From: Planctomycetota bacterium
Lineage (GTDB): Bacteria > Planctomycetota > SZUA-567 > H5-PLA8
DNA length: 64,000 bases
Reading direction: 5' to 3'
NCBI GenBank assembly: GCA_038227875.1
Contig: JBBRPR010000015.1
Coordinates: 32,001-96,000 of the forward strand
The translations under genes and the position numbers were made by a program. The notes below the pieces were generated by a model that made no database searches, had not been told where the DNA came from, and saw nothing but the letters and a program-made list of their open reading frames with translations. Shown in pieces: positions 48,647-59,171 of this stretch (position 1 is the stretch's first letter; every line of letters starts with the position of its first letter).

Positions 48647-49627
48647 GTGGATGTAAGACGGACGTTAATGGCGCCAATCGTGTTGGCGCTCATCGCAAGC
48701 GCAACAACCGCATTTAGTCAGGAGGGCTTGGAAACACCGGAGGCAGGCCATCGAGCGATCGCGTTGACGCCGAGCGTCTCCGGCGCATCGTTGTTCCCGC
48801 TGAAGAATCCGGGCATCGTGACGCTGGGCACACTTTCGATTCAGAACCGCATCGACTTTGCCATCAGCGCGAGTTCGACGTCGAATGGCAATCTTGCCTA
48901 CTCGTGGAATTGGGGCGACGGCACCCCCAATGGCACGGGCCCTTTTCCAAATCACACGTACATCGTCGCCGGAATCTACAACGTCACAGTGACGACGACC
49001 GAGACAATTAAAGGCGCCGTGGCCAACACTCGCACCGACACGATTGTGACCACGGTGACCGACGCAGTGAAGGCCAACAAGCTTCAGACCAATGAGAACT
49101 GGGCGACGGCCAGCGGCAACGACTCGTTGCGCTTTCAGGGCACGCTTCACATTCCATCCGGGGCGAAACTTGCCGGACAGGTCGTGCAAATCAGCCTGGG
49201 AAATCTGAATCTGCCATTCAACCCTGCCAGCCTGGGCACCAACGACGGCGTAGTGTTCACCTTTACCCTCAACGACAAGGGTATCGCGACGTTCACCACA
49301 AACGCCAATGCCATCTACGATCCCACCACCGGTTCCAGCCCAACGACTGGCACCAGCGCGTTGAGTCAGGCCAGCGGCAAGGGCCAGTTCAAGCTCGCCT
49401 ACCGCGCTCGCGCCGGCGGTACGGCATTCGTTGACGCGCCGTTCCTGCTGACGCTCAAGGGCGGCACGTTTGCGAAGGCGCTGGCCAACGAAGGCGTCAC
49501 CAACGTCGACGCCAGCCGCGAAAACGTGCGCATCACGGCACGTGTCCTGGCTTTCAACATCCTGTACCAGTCCGGCATCAATTCTCTGTTCTCCTCCACG
49601 AAGGGTGGAAAGGGGAAGACGCGATGA
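48647..49627 (+). CDS. Secreted PKD plus conserved C-terminal domain protein with no catalytic domain
   Basis: GTG start behind GAGAGGGG gives signal peptide MDVRRTLMAPIVLALIASATTAFS; PKD motif YSWNWGDG..HTY..AGIYNVTVT. Confidence 0.82.
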   Translation: MDVRRTLMAPIVLALIASATTAFSQEGLETPEAGHRAIALTPSVSGASLFPLKNPGIVTLGTLSIQNRIDFAISASSTSNGNLAYSWNWGDGTPNGTGPFPNHTYIVAGIYNVTVTTTETIKGAVANTRTDTIVTTVTDAVKANKLQTNENWATASGNDSLRFQGTLHIPSGAKLAGQVVQISLGNLNLPFNPASLGTNDGVVFTFTLNDKGIATFTTNANAIYDPTTGSSPTTGTSALSQASGKGQFKLAYRARAGGTAFVDAPFLLTLKGGTFAKALANEGVTNVDASRENVRITARVLAFNILYQSGINSLFSSTKGGKGKTR

Positions 49628-49713
49628 CCAAATACATGCAGCGTTTTCACCCGCGCGCGGAATTGTTCCGCGTGTCTCCGCCGACGACAAAATTCCAATT
49701 CCTGGAGGGGAAG

Positions 49714-51304
49714 ATGAATTCACGACTGAAAGTTAATGCCTTGAGATTCCTGACTGCCATGCTGTTCGTGGCGACGATTGGCTCCGCCGTCCGCGCCGCC
49801 GATGGTGCGGCCGCGGACTTCGAATCGCTGAAAAAGGAGATCGAGGAGCTCAAGAAAGACAACGCCGACATCAAGAAAGCCAACTCCGATCTCGCTGCGA
49901 AAATTGCGCCGACGAAATCCAGCTCTGCCGAGAAGGCGCTCGATACCAAGTACGGTCCGAATGCCTCAGTGATCACGAAGACCGGCAAGCTGCGTATCGG
50001 CGGACTGATTCAGGTCTGGTACTACAATGCTCAGAAGGACAACAACGGGCTCTTCCAGGACGCGGCGGGCAATGGTGTTTTCGATACCAACGAAGCGTCC
50101 GACAACAGCAGTTTCCGCATCCGCCGCACAGAAATGCGGTTTACGATGGACCTGACGGACAACATCACGTCGGTGGTGATGATCGACCCGGCGCGTGAAG
50201 CGCAGAGTTTTCCCGGCGTGCCGGACAATCAGTTTACGCAGAGTATTTTCAAGCGCACCGTCAACGCCAATCTGGCCAACGTTCAGAGCGGCGCGGGCAG
50301 CGCTCCACGCTTGCTTCAAGACGCGTACACCAACTTCCACAATTTTGTGCCGCACCATGATTTTCAGATCGGACAGTTCAAGCCGTTCATCGGCGAAGAA
50401 GGCATTCGCGCGAGCGCCGAACTTGATTTCGCGGAACGTTCGATGGTGGGCCAGCTGGCCGACAACCGCGACCTGGGCGCGGTCGCACACGGCGAATGGT
50501 GGCACGCCGATGGCAAGGGCGGCGGGCAGGTACAGTATTGGATTGGACTCTTCGATGGCGCGGGAAATCTGTATCAGTCCGGCGGCCAGGCGCAAAATCG
50601 AGCCGACGACAACGATCAGAAAGACTTTAACTATCGCTTCCTTGTTCGCCCATTCTGGAAACGCGACGCGTGCGATCAGTGGTGGGGCAGTTCTGGAACT
50701 GGGCGTCTCCGGCGAATTCGGCAAACACGGCGAAGCCGGCGGTCCGGATCCGGTCGACGCACCCGTCAATGGTCTCAACCGTCGCCGCACGTGGGCCAGC
50801 CGCCAGGATGCGTGGGGTTATTACGCGCCAGCCGGCGCGGTCAGCGGGCTGTGGTTCCGCGGTGAGTGGGAATGGCAGAAGGACCGCAACGCTCCGTCAT
50901 CGGTGATCGATCTGCTCGGCCAGGCTAACGCGGGCGATGGCACGCTGCAGACGAATGGGAAACCGTTCGCGTCGCAGGGCTTCTACGTGTCGACGGGCTA
51001 CAAGCTTTCACAGAGCAAACTGTTCTCGTGCGAATGCCCGGCCTGGTACAAGAATCTGGAATTCCTCTTCCGCTACGAGCAGTACCAGAACGTGGAAATC
51101 GCAGACCCGGCGAATCCCAGCCGCACGAATGTCTTCGAAACCAAGCTCTACACGGGCGGCATCAATTACTACATCGAGGGCAACACAAAGATTCAGTTGA
51201 ACTACAGCTCGATCCGCAATCCCGATGGTGGTTCGAGCGCGCCGTACACGTTTCACAATCCGCGCAACAATTTGTTCCTCGTGAACTTTCAGGTGGCTTT
51301 CTAA
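49714..51304 (+). pseudogene. OprO/OprP-like outer-membrane porin with a one-base frameshift
   Basis: Signal peptide, coiled coil, FRIRR, DAY, GQFKPF, LDFAERS and RDLG in one frame; LELGVSG...YEQY...NFQVAF (terminal Phe) in the next. Extra base near 50691-50692. Confidence 0.8.
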
Positions 51305-51362
51305 GCCTCGACCGCCGGGATGGCTGATTCATCCGTGGCCTAGTTAAACCAAGGAGTGTCCC

Positions 51363-52370
51363 ATGAAATCCCTGTCTTTGTTTCTCGCTACGCTGGCCCT
51401 CGTCGCGCTCACGCCTGTTCTGACGCGCGCTGCGGAGGTCACGCTGCTCAACGTTTCTTACGATCCGACCCGCGAGTTGTATCAGGATTACAACGCGGCT
51501 TTTGGCGCGTACTGGAAGAAAAAGACTGGCGACACGGTTGCCGTCAAGCAGTCGCACGGTGGCTCGGCCAAACAGGCGCGGTCGGTGATCGACGGCTTGG
51601 AAGCCGATGTCGTCACGCTGGGTTTGGCGTACGACATTGATGTCATCGCCGAAAAAGCGCAGTTGCTGCCGGTCGACTGGCAGAAGCGCAATCCCAACAA
51701 CAGTTCGCCGTACACCTCGACCATCGTGTTCCTGGTGCGCAAAGGCAATCCCAAGCAGATCAAGGATTGGGATGACCTGGTCAAGCCGGGGATTGAAGTG
51801 ATCACGCCGAATCCGAAGACGTCCGGCGGCGCGCGTTGGAACTATCTCGCCGCGTGGGGCTTCGCAGTCAAAAAGCAGGGCGCAGATGATGCGAAGGCGA
51901 AGGATTTTGTCACCGCGCTCTATAAAAACGTGCCGGTGCTCGACTCCGGCGCGCGCGGTTCGACGACGACGTTCACCGAACGCGGCATCGGCGACGTGCT
52001 GATCGCGTGGGAGAACGAGGCGTATCTGGCGCTGAAGGAACTGGGCAAGGACAAGGTTGAGATCGTCATCCCCAGCATCAGTATTCTCGCCGAACCTCCG
52101 GTGAGCGTGGTCGACAAGATCGCTCAGAAGAAGGGCACCGAAGCGGTCGCCAAGGCCTATGTCGAATACCTCTATAGTGAAGAAGGCCAGGAGATCGCCG
52201 CGCGCAATTTCTATCGTCCGCGCAACGAAGGCATCGCCTCGAAGCATGCCGATCAGTTCGCGAAACTGACGTTGTTCACGATCGACGATCTCTTCGGCGG
52301 TTGGCAGAAAGCGCAGAAGACGCACTTCGCCGATGGTGGACTGTTCGACCAGATCTATCAGCCAAAATAG
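51363..52370 (+). CDS. sbp: Sulfate ABC transporter substrate-binding protein
   Basis: [29 protein letters not shown] and WENEA. Confidence 0.97.
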   Translation: MKSLSLFLATLALVALTPVLTRAAEVTLLNVSYDPTRELYQDYNAAFGAYWKKKTGDTVAVKQSHGGSAKQARSVIDGLEADVVTLGLAYDIDVIAEKAQLLPVDWQKRNPNNSSPYTSTIVFLVRKGNPKQIKDWDDLVKPGIEVITPNPKTSGGARWNYLAAWGFAVKKQGADDAKAKDFVTALYKNVPVLDSGARGSTTTFTERGIGDVLIAWENEAYLALKELGKDKVEIVIPSISILAEPPVSVVDKIAQKKGTEAVAKAYVEYLYSEEGQEIAARNFYRPRNEGIASKHADQFAKLTLFTIDDLFGGWQKAQKTHFADGGLFDQIYQPK

Positions 52371-52511
52371 GAGCAAAAGGACCGCGGAGGTTTCTCGGTT
52401 TTGAGCCTCGAGTTTTGACTGCGCAAGCAAAACGCGAAGCTCAAGATACTCCTCGCCTCCGCGGCCCTGCCCGTCTTAAGTGCGATGTTTTTCGTGGCAT
52501 AAAAAGATCCA

Positions 52512-52532
52512 TCAGACCGCACCCGCGGATGA
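52512..52532 (+). ncRNA. Candidate GA/A internal-loop hairpin, copy 4, just upstream of the cysT RBS
   Basis: TCA-GA-CCGC-accc-GCGG-A-TGA. Confidence 0.5.
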
Positions 52533-52541
52533 GGCAAGGAC

Positions 52542-53387
52542 ATGAAACTGAAAGACCGCAGCATTCTTCCCGGTTTTCGTTGGACGTTGGCGTTCACGTT
52601 GTTTTATCTCTCGCTGATCGTCCTGATTCCGCTCTCCGCCACGTTTTTGAAGTCCATGACCGGCACGTGGGCGCATTTCTGGGACGCCATTTCCAACGCG
52701 CGCGTTGTGGCCTCCTTCAAAATCAGTTTCATCTGCTCGTTCGCTGCGGCGATCATTAATCTGATCTTCGGACTGCTCGTAGCGTGGGTGCTCGTCCGCT
52801 ACAAATTTCCCGGCCGCGCGATCGCCGATGCGATCATCGATCTGCCATTCGCGCTGCCCACCGCGGTGGCCGGCATCGCGCTGGTCACGCTCTACGCGCC
52901 GAAAGGTTTGATCGGCAGCCGATTGCAACCGCTGCTCACGCCGTTGGGCTGGAAGCTCGCCTACTCGCCCATCGGGATCACGCTGGCGCTCGTCTTCATC
53001 GGTCTTCCATTCGTGGTCCGCACAGTCCAACCGGTGCTGCAGGATCTCGATCTGGAAGTGGAGGAAGCCGCATCCAGTCTCGGCGCGACGCGCTGGCAGA
53101 CATTCTGGCGCGTAATCATTCCGTCGCTGACGCCTGCGCTGCTGACGGGCTTCGCGCTCTCGTTTGCCCGGTCGCTGGGTGAGTACGGTTCGGTCGTCTT
53201 CATCTCCGGCAACATGCCGATGAAGACCGAAATCGTCCCGCTGATCATCATCACCAAGCTGGAGGAATACGATTACACCGGCGCGACAGCGATCGCCGTG
53301 GTGATGCTCTTGATTTCATTCGTGCTGCTCCTGCTGATCAATTATTTGCAGGCTTGGAGCGGCCGCCACTTAAGCGCGAAGAACTAG
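52542..53387 (+). CDS. cysT: Sulfate ABC transporter permease CysT (CysU)
   Basis: DLPFALPTAVAGI, PFVVRTVQPV, EEAASSLGA and GEYGSV. Confidence 0.97.
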   Translation: MKLKDRSILPGFRWTLAFTLFYLSLIVLIPLSATFLKSMTGTWAHFWDAISNARVVASFKISFICSFAAAIINLIFGLLVAWVLVRYKFPGRAIADAIIDLPFALPTAVAGIALVTLYAPKGLIGSRLQPLLTPLGWKLAYSPIGITLALVFIGLPFVVRTVQPVLQDLDLEVEEAASSLGATRWQTFWRVIIPSLTPALLTGFALSFARSLGEYGSVVFISGNMPMKTEIVPLIIITKLEEYDYTGATAIAVVMLLISFVLLLLINYLQAWSGRHLSAKN

Positions 53388-53397
53388 GAGCCCAATC

Positions 53398-54264
53398 ATG
53401 CACGGAGGTTCACTCACTTCGGCGGCGCTGGGCTCAGGCAAGCGTCGTACCACGACTGAAAGCGGCCCGATCAAATGGCTGCTGATCACCATCGCCATGC
53501 TGTTCTTGTTAATCATTCTGGTGCTGCCCATCGGCATCGTCTTCAGCGAAGCGCTGGCGAAAGGATTTTCCACTTACACCAAGGCGTTGCAGGACGCAGA
53601 CACGTGGTCGTCGATCCGTCTGACGTTGATCGCGGCGGGCATCGCCGTTCCGCTGAACCTGGTCTTCGGCGTCGCGGCGGCATGGGCGATCGCCAAGTTC
53701 AATTTCTTCGGCAAGAATTTTCTGCTGACGCTGATCGATCTTCCGTTCTCCGTCTCCCCGGTGATCTCCGGACTGATCTACGTGCTGATGTTCGGCCTGC
53801 AAGGCTGGATGGGCGGTTGGCTGCGCGATCACGATTTGAAGATCATTTTCGCGGTGCCGGGCATCGTGCTGGCCACGATCTTCGTCACGTTTCCCTTCGT
53901 GGCGCGCGAGCTGATTCCGCTGATGGAAGCGCAGGGCAAGGAGGAAGAGGAAGCGGCGATCGTGCTCGGCGCGAATGGCTGGCAGACGTTTTTTCGCGTG
54001 ACGCTGCCGAACATCAAATGGGGGCTGCTCTATGGCGTGATCCTTTGCAATGCCCGCGCGATGGGTGAATTCGGCGCGGTGTCGGTGGTCTCCGGCCACA
54101 TCCGCGGGCTCACCAACACGATGCCGTTGCATATTGAAATTCTTTACAACGAATACAATTTCGCCGCCGCGTTCGCTGTCGCGTCGCTGCTGGCATTGCT
54201 GGCTGTCGTAACCTTGATCTTGAAGAAAATCGTCGAGTGGCGCGCTGGAGAGAGCGAACAATGA
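53398..54264 (+). CDS. cysW: Sulfate ABC transporter permease CysW
   Basis: [18 protein letters not shown] and [19 protein letters not shown]. Confidence 0.97.
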   Translation: MHGGSLTSAALGSGKRRTTTESGPIKWLLITIAMLFLLIILVLPIGIVFSEALAKGFSTYTKALQDADTWSSIRLTLIAAGIAVPLNLVFGVAAAWAIAKFNFFGKNFLLTLIDLPFSVSPVISGLIYVLMFGLQGWMGGWLRDHDLKIIFAVPGIVLATIFVTFPFVARELIPLMEAQGKEEEEAAIVLGANGWQTFFRVTLPNIKWGLLYGVILCNARAMGEFGAVSVVSGHIRGLTNTMPLHIEILYNEYNFAAAFAVASLLALLAVVTLILKKIVEWRAGESEQ

Positions 54265-55349
54265 GTATCGAAGTCGCAAACATTACCAAGACGTTTGGCG
54301 CGTTCTCAGCGCTCAACAATGTCAGCCTGACCGTGCCAACCGGAGAGCTCGTCGCGCTGCTCGGTCCGTCGGGCTCCGGCAAGACGACGTTGCTGCGCAT
54401 CATCGCGGGGTTGGAACATCAGGACGCTGGCTCCGTCAATTTTTACGGCGAAGATACGTCCAACGTTCACGTGCGCGACCGCAATGTCGGCTTTGTCTTT
54501 CAACATTACGCGCTCTTCCGCCATATGAGCGTCTTTGAGAACATCGCTTTCGGTCTGCGGGTCCGGCCCCGCGACCGGCGACCGTCGGAGGCGGAAATTC
54601 AGGAGCGGGTGATGAAGCTCCTGCGGCTGGTCCAACTTGAAAATCTCGCGCAGCGCTATCCTTCGCAGCTCTCCGGCGGGCAGCGGCAGCGCGTAGCGCT
54701 CGCCCGGGCACTGGCCGTCGAGCCGAAAGTGCTGCTGCTCGACGAACCCTTCGGCGCGCTCGACGCAAAAGTGCGCAAGGAACTGCGCACCTGGCTGCGC
54801 CGGTTGCATGATGAGATCAGCGTCACCAGCGTGTTCGTCACGCACGATCAGGAAGAAGCTCTCGAAGTTTCCGACCGTGTCGTGGTAATGAACGCGGGAA
54901 AAATCGAGCAGGCTGGAACGCCGGAGGAGGTCTACACGCATCCGGCGACGCCGTTCGTCTACAACTTCCTCGGCAATGTGAATATTTTTCACGGCCGCGT
55001 CGCCGACGGGAAAGTTCAGATCGGCGAAATGTCCGTGCCGCTGACGTCCAGTGCGCACGGCGCGCTGCAGAATGGCAACAGCGGGGAGGACAAAGCCGCG
55101 GTCTTTATCCGGCCTCATCTGCTGGACCTGACGCGCGTGCCTGACGGCAAGACCAACTTCAAGGCGACGGTTTCGCACATCAACCCCGCCGGGCCGCTGG
55201 TCCGCGTGGAGTTGACCAGCGATGGCAAGGATTCGATTCTCGTCGAGCTGCCGCAGGACCGGTACCGCGAATTGAGCGTCAAAAAGGGCGACGAAATCTA
55301 CGTGCGGCCCAAGGAGATGAAAGTCTTCTCGGAGGATTATTCGATTTAG
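54261..55349 (+). CDS. cysA: Sulfate ABC transporter ATP-binding protein
   Basis: [23 protein letters not shown] and TOBE-like C-terminus. ATGA overlap with cysW. Confidence 0.97.
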   Translation: MSIEVANITKTFGAFSALNNVSLTVPTGELVALLGPSGSGKTTLLRIIAGLEHQDAGSVNFYGEDTSNVHVRDRNVGFVFQHYALFRHMSVFENIAFGLRVRPRDRRPSEAEIQERVMKLLRLVQLENLAQRYPSQLSGGQRQRVALARALAVEPKVLLLDEPFGALDAKVRKELRTWLRRLHDEISVTSVFVTHDQEEALEVSDRVVVMNAGKIEQAGTPEEVYTHPATPFVYNFLGNVNIFHGRVADGKVQIGEMSVPLTSSAHGALQNGNSGEDKAAVFIRPHLLDLTRVPDGKTNFKATVSHINPAGPLVRVELTSDGKDSILVELPQDRYRELSVKKGDEIYVRPKEMKVFSEDYSI

Positions 55350-55445
55350 GCGCAGGCAAATTCCAGTTGTCGTCACGCTTGAAAGGCACTATCCCTTAGC
55401 GCTTCCAAAAAGCGCATTTTAATAATTAAGGGAGCGACGCGAACG

Positions 55446-56552
55446 ATGAGTGCTCTGCCTCCGAAAGCGGAATTAAAGGCCAGGCTCAACGGATTTCGGG
55501 AGATCATGCACCGCCGCAACATTTCGTCGGCGCTGATCACCAACGAAGAAAACGTCCGCTACCTTTCCGGTTTCACCGGCGGCGATAGCGCCCTGCTGAT
55601 TACCAAGAATAAGAAATTCATTCTCACCGATTTCCGCTTTATCGAAGAAGCTCAGAACACCGCCAAAGGCTTCAAGATCACGCTGGAACCGCGCGGCATC
55701 ATGGAAAAGGCCGCGGCACTGGCGAAGAAACTGCGCCAGCGGCGGCTGGCCGTCGAGCCTGGCAATCTGCGCATGGTCGATGTCAAAGCACTGCGCAAAT
55801 TCGCGCGTGGCATCAAGATCGTGCCTGAAAATGCAATGGTCGGAGAACTGCGGCTTTTCAAGAGCCCCTGGGAAGTCGCACAGATCGAGAAGGGCGTGCG
55901 CATCCAGGAATTGTGCTTTCAACAGCTGTGCGAGGGCCTTCGGGACGGCATTTCGGAACGCGAAGCCGCCGCGTACCTGCGCTTCTTAATGGTAAAGGCG
56001 GGGGCCGACGACCAGGCGTTCCAGGTCATGTTTCAGATCGGCAACCACTCCAGTTTGCCGCATGGACGGCCTACGATGCGCACCTTAAAGGGGGATGCCA
56101 TCATCCTCTGCGACTGGGGCGCGAAAGTAAACGGCTACCACTCCGACTTGACGCGCACATTCTTCATCGGTAGGATTCCGCCTCAATTACGCCACATCCA
56201 CGGCCTCGTGTTGGAAGCGCAACGTCAAGCCATTGAACGGATTGCGCCGGGTGTTGAATTCGTGACCGTGGACAAGGCGGCGCGGGACGTGATCGCCAAG
56301 GCCGGATTTGGCAAGCAGTTCGGGCACTCAACAGGGCATGGCGTGGGATTGGACATCCACGAGCAGCCGTCCCTGTCGATGCGCGCGGAAGGCGTGCTGC
56401 AACCGGGGATGGTAGTGACCGTTGAGCCGGGGATTTACCTGCCCGGCGTCGGCGGCGTGCGCATTGAAGACGATGTGCTCGTCACCGAAAACGGGTACCG
56501 GGTTCTGAGCCGACTCAGCCGGAACCTACGCTGGAACGGCGAAAACAGCTGA
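55446..56552 (+). CDS. Xaa-Pro peptidase (M24B)
   Basis: YLSGFTG, DWGA..GYHSDLTRT, HSTGHGVGLDIHE, TVEPGIY and GVRIED. Confidence 0.93.
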   Translation: MSALPPKAELKARLNGFREIMHRRNISSALITNEENVRYLSGFTGGDSALLITKNKKFILTDFRFIEEAQNTAKGFKITLEPRGIMEKAAALAKKLRQRRLAVEPGNLRMVDVKALRKFARGIKIVPENAMVGELRLFKSPWEVAQIEKGVRIQELCFQQLCEGLRDGISEREAAAYLRFLMVKAGADDQAFQVMFQIGNHSSLPHGRPTMRTLKGDAIILCDWGAKVNGYHSDLTRTFFIGRIPPQLRHIHGLVLEAQRQAIERIAPGVEFVTVDKAARDVIAKAGFGKQFGHSTGHGVGLDIHEQPSLSMRAEGVLQPGMVVTVEPGIYLPGVGGVRIEDDVLVTENGYRVLSRLSRNLRWNGENS

Positions 56553-56660
56553 CGTGCAGTACTGGACTAAGAGTTGGGCGGGAACCACCCGAAGTCTCCT
56601 GACGTGCTGTAATGGAGAGGGCAGGGTGGAGGGACTACGCAGAGGCTTGCCAAGGATCGC

Positions 56661-57113
<453 letters not shown>

Positions 57114-57115
57114 GG

Positions 57116-57190
57116 AATTAAAAATCAAAAGTTAAACGTGGCGCGCCCTGTGTCCGCGCCGCGAAAAGGTTTAATTTTTAATTTTTAGTT
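57116..57190. repeat. Inverted AT-rich heptamer repeats around a GC hairpin
   Basis: AATTAAA-AATCAAA-AGTTAAA ... TTTAATT-TTTAATT-TTTAGTT between accB and accC. Confidence 0.7.
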
Positions 57191-57205
57191 TGGAATCCAT
57201 TCACC

Positions 57206-58570
57206 ATGTTCTCCAGAATTCTGATCGCCAACCGCGGCGAAATCGCGCTGCGCATCATCCGCACCTGCAAACGGCTCAACATTGAGACCGTCGTCGTCTA
57301 CTCGCAGGCCGACAAGGACGCCGTCTACCTCAAGCTCGCCGACCGCGCCATCTGCATCGGACCGCCGCCGGCGCGCGAAAGCTACCTCAAGATCAACAAC
57401 ATCATCGCCGCCGCGGAGATCACCGACGTCGAAGCGATCCACCCCGGCTACGGATTCTTAAGCGAAAACGCGCATTTCGCGGAAGTCTGCCGCGCGTGCA
57501 AAATCGCCTTCATCGGACCGCCGACGCAGGCGATCGAAAAGCTCGGCGACAAGATCAGCGCCAAGCAGATCGCCAAGCTCGCCGGCGTGCCGACCGTGCC
57601 CGGTTCTGAAGGCGCACTCGACAATGTCGATGCGGCGCTGAAGATCGCCAACCAGATCGGCTATCCCGTGCTGCTCAAAGCCGCCTCCGGCGGCGGCGGA
57701 CGCGGCATGCGCGTGAGCCACACCGAAGTTTCGCTGCGCGCCAATTTCTCCCAGGCGAAAAACGAAGCCGAGGCTGCGTTTGGCGACGGCACGCTGTACA
57801 TGGAGAAGTTCATCGAATCGGCGCGCCACATCGAAGTCCAGATCCTGGGCGACGACAACGGCACCGTGCTCCATCTCGGTGAGCGTGATTGCACGGTCCA
57901 GCGCCGCAACCAGAAATTGATTGAAGAATCGCCGTCGGGCGCGCCGGGTTTCGACAAGCGACTGCGCTACGACATTCAGATGGCCGCGGTGAAACTGATG
58001 AAGGCCGCCAAGTACACCAACGCCGGCACGGTTGAATTCATCTTCGACAACAAGCAGCGCAAATTCTATTTCATGGAAGTGAACACGCGGCTGCAGGTCG
58101 AACATCCGGTGACCGAAATGGTGACGGGGCTGGATCTGGTCGAAGAACAGTTGCGCATCGCCAGCGGCGAAAAGCTGCGCTGGCGCCAGAAGGATATCGA
58201 TCAGCGCCTGAAGATGGGCGGACACGCGATCGAGTGCCGCATCAACGCCGAAGATCCGCGCCGCAAGTTCGCGCCATCGCCGGGCAAGATCGGCATGTTC
58301 TCCTCGCCGGCCGGTGAACGCATTCGCATGGATTCGCATATCTATTCCGGCTACACCGTGCCGCCGAACTACGATTCGATGCTGGCCAAGCTGATCGTCC
58401 ACGGCACTGACCGCCTGGATGCCGTCGGCCGCATGCGCGGGGCGCTCGACCAGCTGGTGCTCGAAGGCGTTTCGACGACGGTTCCGTTCCTGCGCGAGAT
58501 TTTCGGCCACGTGAAGTTTGTCGCCGGCGCGTACGACACCTCGTTCGTCGCCAGCGAGATGGGGCTGTAA
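57206..58570 (+). CDS. accC: Biotin carboxylase
   Basis: ANRGEIA, HPGYGFLSEN, GGGGRG, EVNTRLQVEHPVTE and ECRINAED. Confidence 0.98.
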   Translation: MFSRILIANRGEIALRIIRTCKRLNIETVVVYSQADKDAVYLKLADRAICIGPPPARESYLKINNIIAAAEITDVEAIHPGYGFLSENAHFAEVCRACKIAFIGPPTQAIEKLGDKISAKQIAKLAGVPTVPGSEGALDNVDAALKIANQIGYPVLLKAASGGGGRGMRVSHTEVSLRANFSQAKNEAEAAFGDGTLYMEKFIESARHIEVQILGDDNGTVLHLGERDCTVQRRNQKLIEESPSGAPGFDKRLRYDIQMAAVKLMKAAKYTNAGTVEFIFDNKQRKFYFMEVNTRLQVEHPVTEMVTGLDLVEEQLRIASGEKLRWRQKDIDQRLKMGGHAIECRINAEDPRRKFAPSPGKIGMFSSPAGERIRMDSHIYSGYTVPPNYDSMLAKLIVHGTDRLDAVGRMRGALDQLVLEGVSTTVPFLREIFGHVKFVAGAYDTSFVASEMGL

Positions 58571-58603
58571 AGCCGCTCACGAAAATTCCGGAAGAAATAA
58601 AAA

Positions 58604-58633
58604 CGGCGCCGCGGATCGAAATCCGCGGCGCCG
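58604..58633. terminator. Strong hairpin, likely intrinsic or bidirectional terminator
   Basis: CGGCGCCGCGGAT-CGAA-ATCCGCGGCGCCG with an A-tract on the left (U-tract on the minus strand). Confidence 0.7.
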
Positions 58634-59045
58634 AGTCATTTAACTTCATCGCCGCCGTTCACACTCTTCACGTTCAAGACGACTAGGTCCAAACAATCGT
58701 TCACGGTTTTGACGTGGCGTTCTCGCAGATCGCGGAGTTGGTGCACTTCCATGAGATAAATGCGGTTTTCTTTTTTTCGCGACGGTGGGTTGCTTCATCG
58801 AGCGTGCGGCCTGATCGCGGCAGCGCCGCGGCAAGAATCCCTTTTTGATACAAGGTTGGAAATAAAAGCGCGCGATTTTTCAAAGCGTGGCGGGTGCAGT
58901 TGCGAAGTGCGACGAGCGTGCTATGTTAGCGAAAGGTTTGGGGCGAAAAGTTCTCGCAACAGACTCATGAGATTCGAGCGGAATGAGTCGGTGAAACGCA
59001 GGAAAAAAGAATGTGCGTAAATTGCGCGCGTTTTTTGATCCATGC

Positions 59046-59073
59046 TTGACACACACGCCGGGTTCCATATAGT
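59046..59073 (+). promoter_or_regulatory. Sigma70 promoter of tRNA-Thr/tuf
   Basis: TTGACA-N16-TATAGT. Confidence 0.75.
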
Positions 59074-59095
59074 CATCGCCTTGCCCTTGCCGGGC

Positions 59096-59171
59096 GCTGC
59101 GATAGCTCAGCTGGTAGAGCACGTCCTTGGTAAGGACGAGGTCTTGGGTTCAATTCCCAATCGCAGCTCCA
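59096..59171 (+). tRNA. tRNA-Thr(GGT)
   Basis: GCTGCGA/TCGCAGC acceptor stem, TAGCTCAGCTGGTAGAGC D-arm, TT-GGT-AA loop, GGTTCAATTCC and CCA end. Confidence 0.97.

Noticed and set aside
50680..50700. Programmed frameshift in the porin gene
   Set aside because: No slippery heptamer or long homopolymer at the shift site; error or mutation is more parsimonious.
56553..56660. SAM-I-like words (GGTGGAGGGAC) upstream of accB
   Set aside because: The remaining SAM-I core (ATC-AGAG, GGCCC, GCAACC) is missing and the context does not fit.
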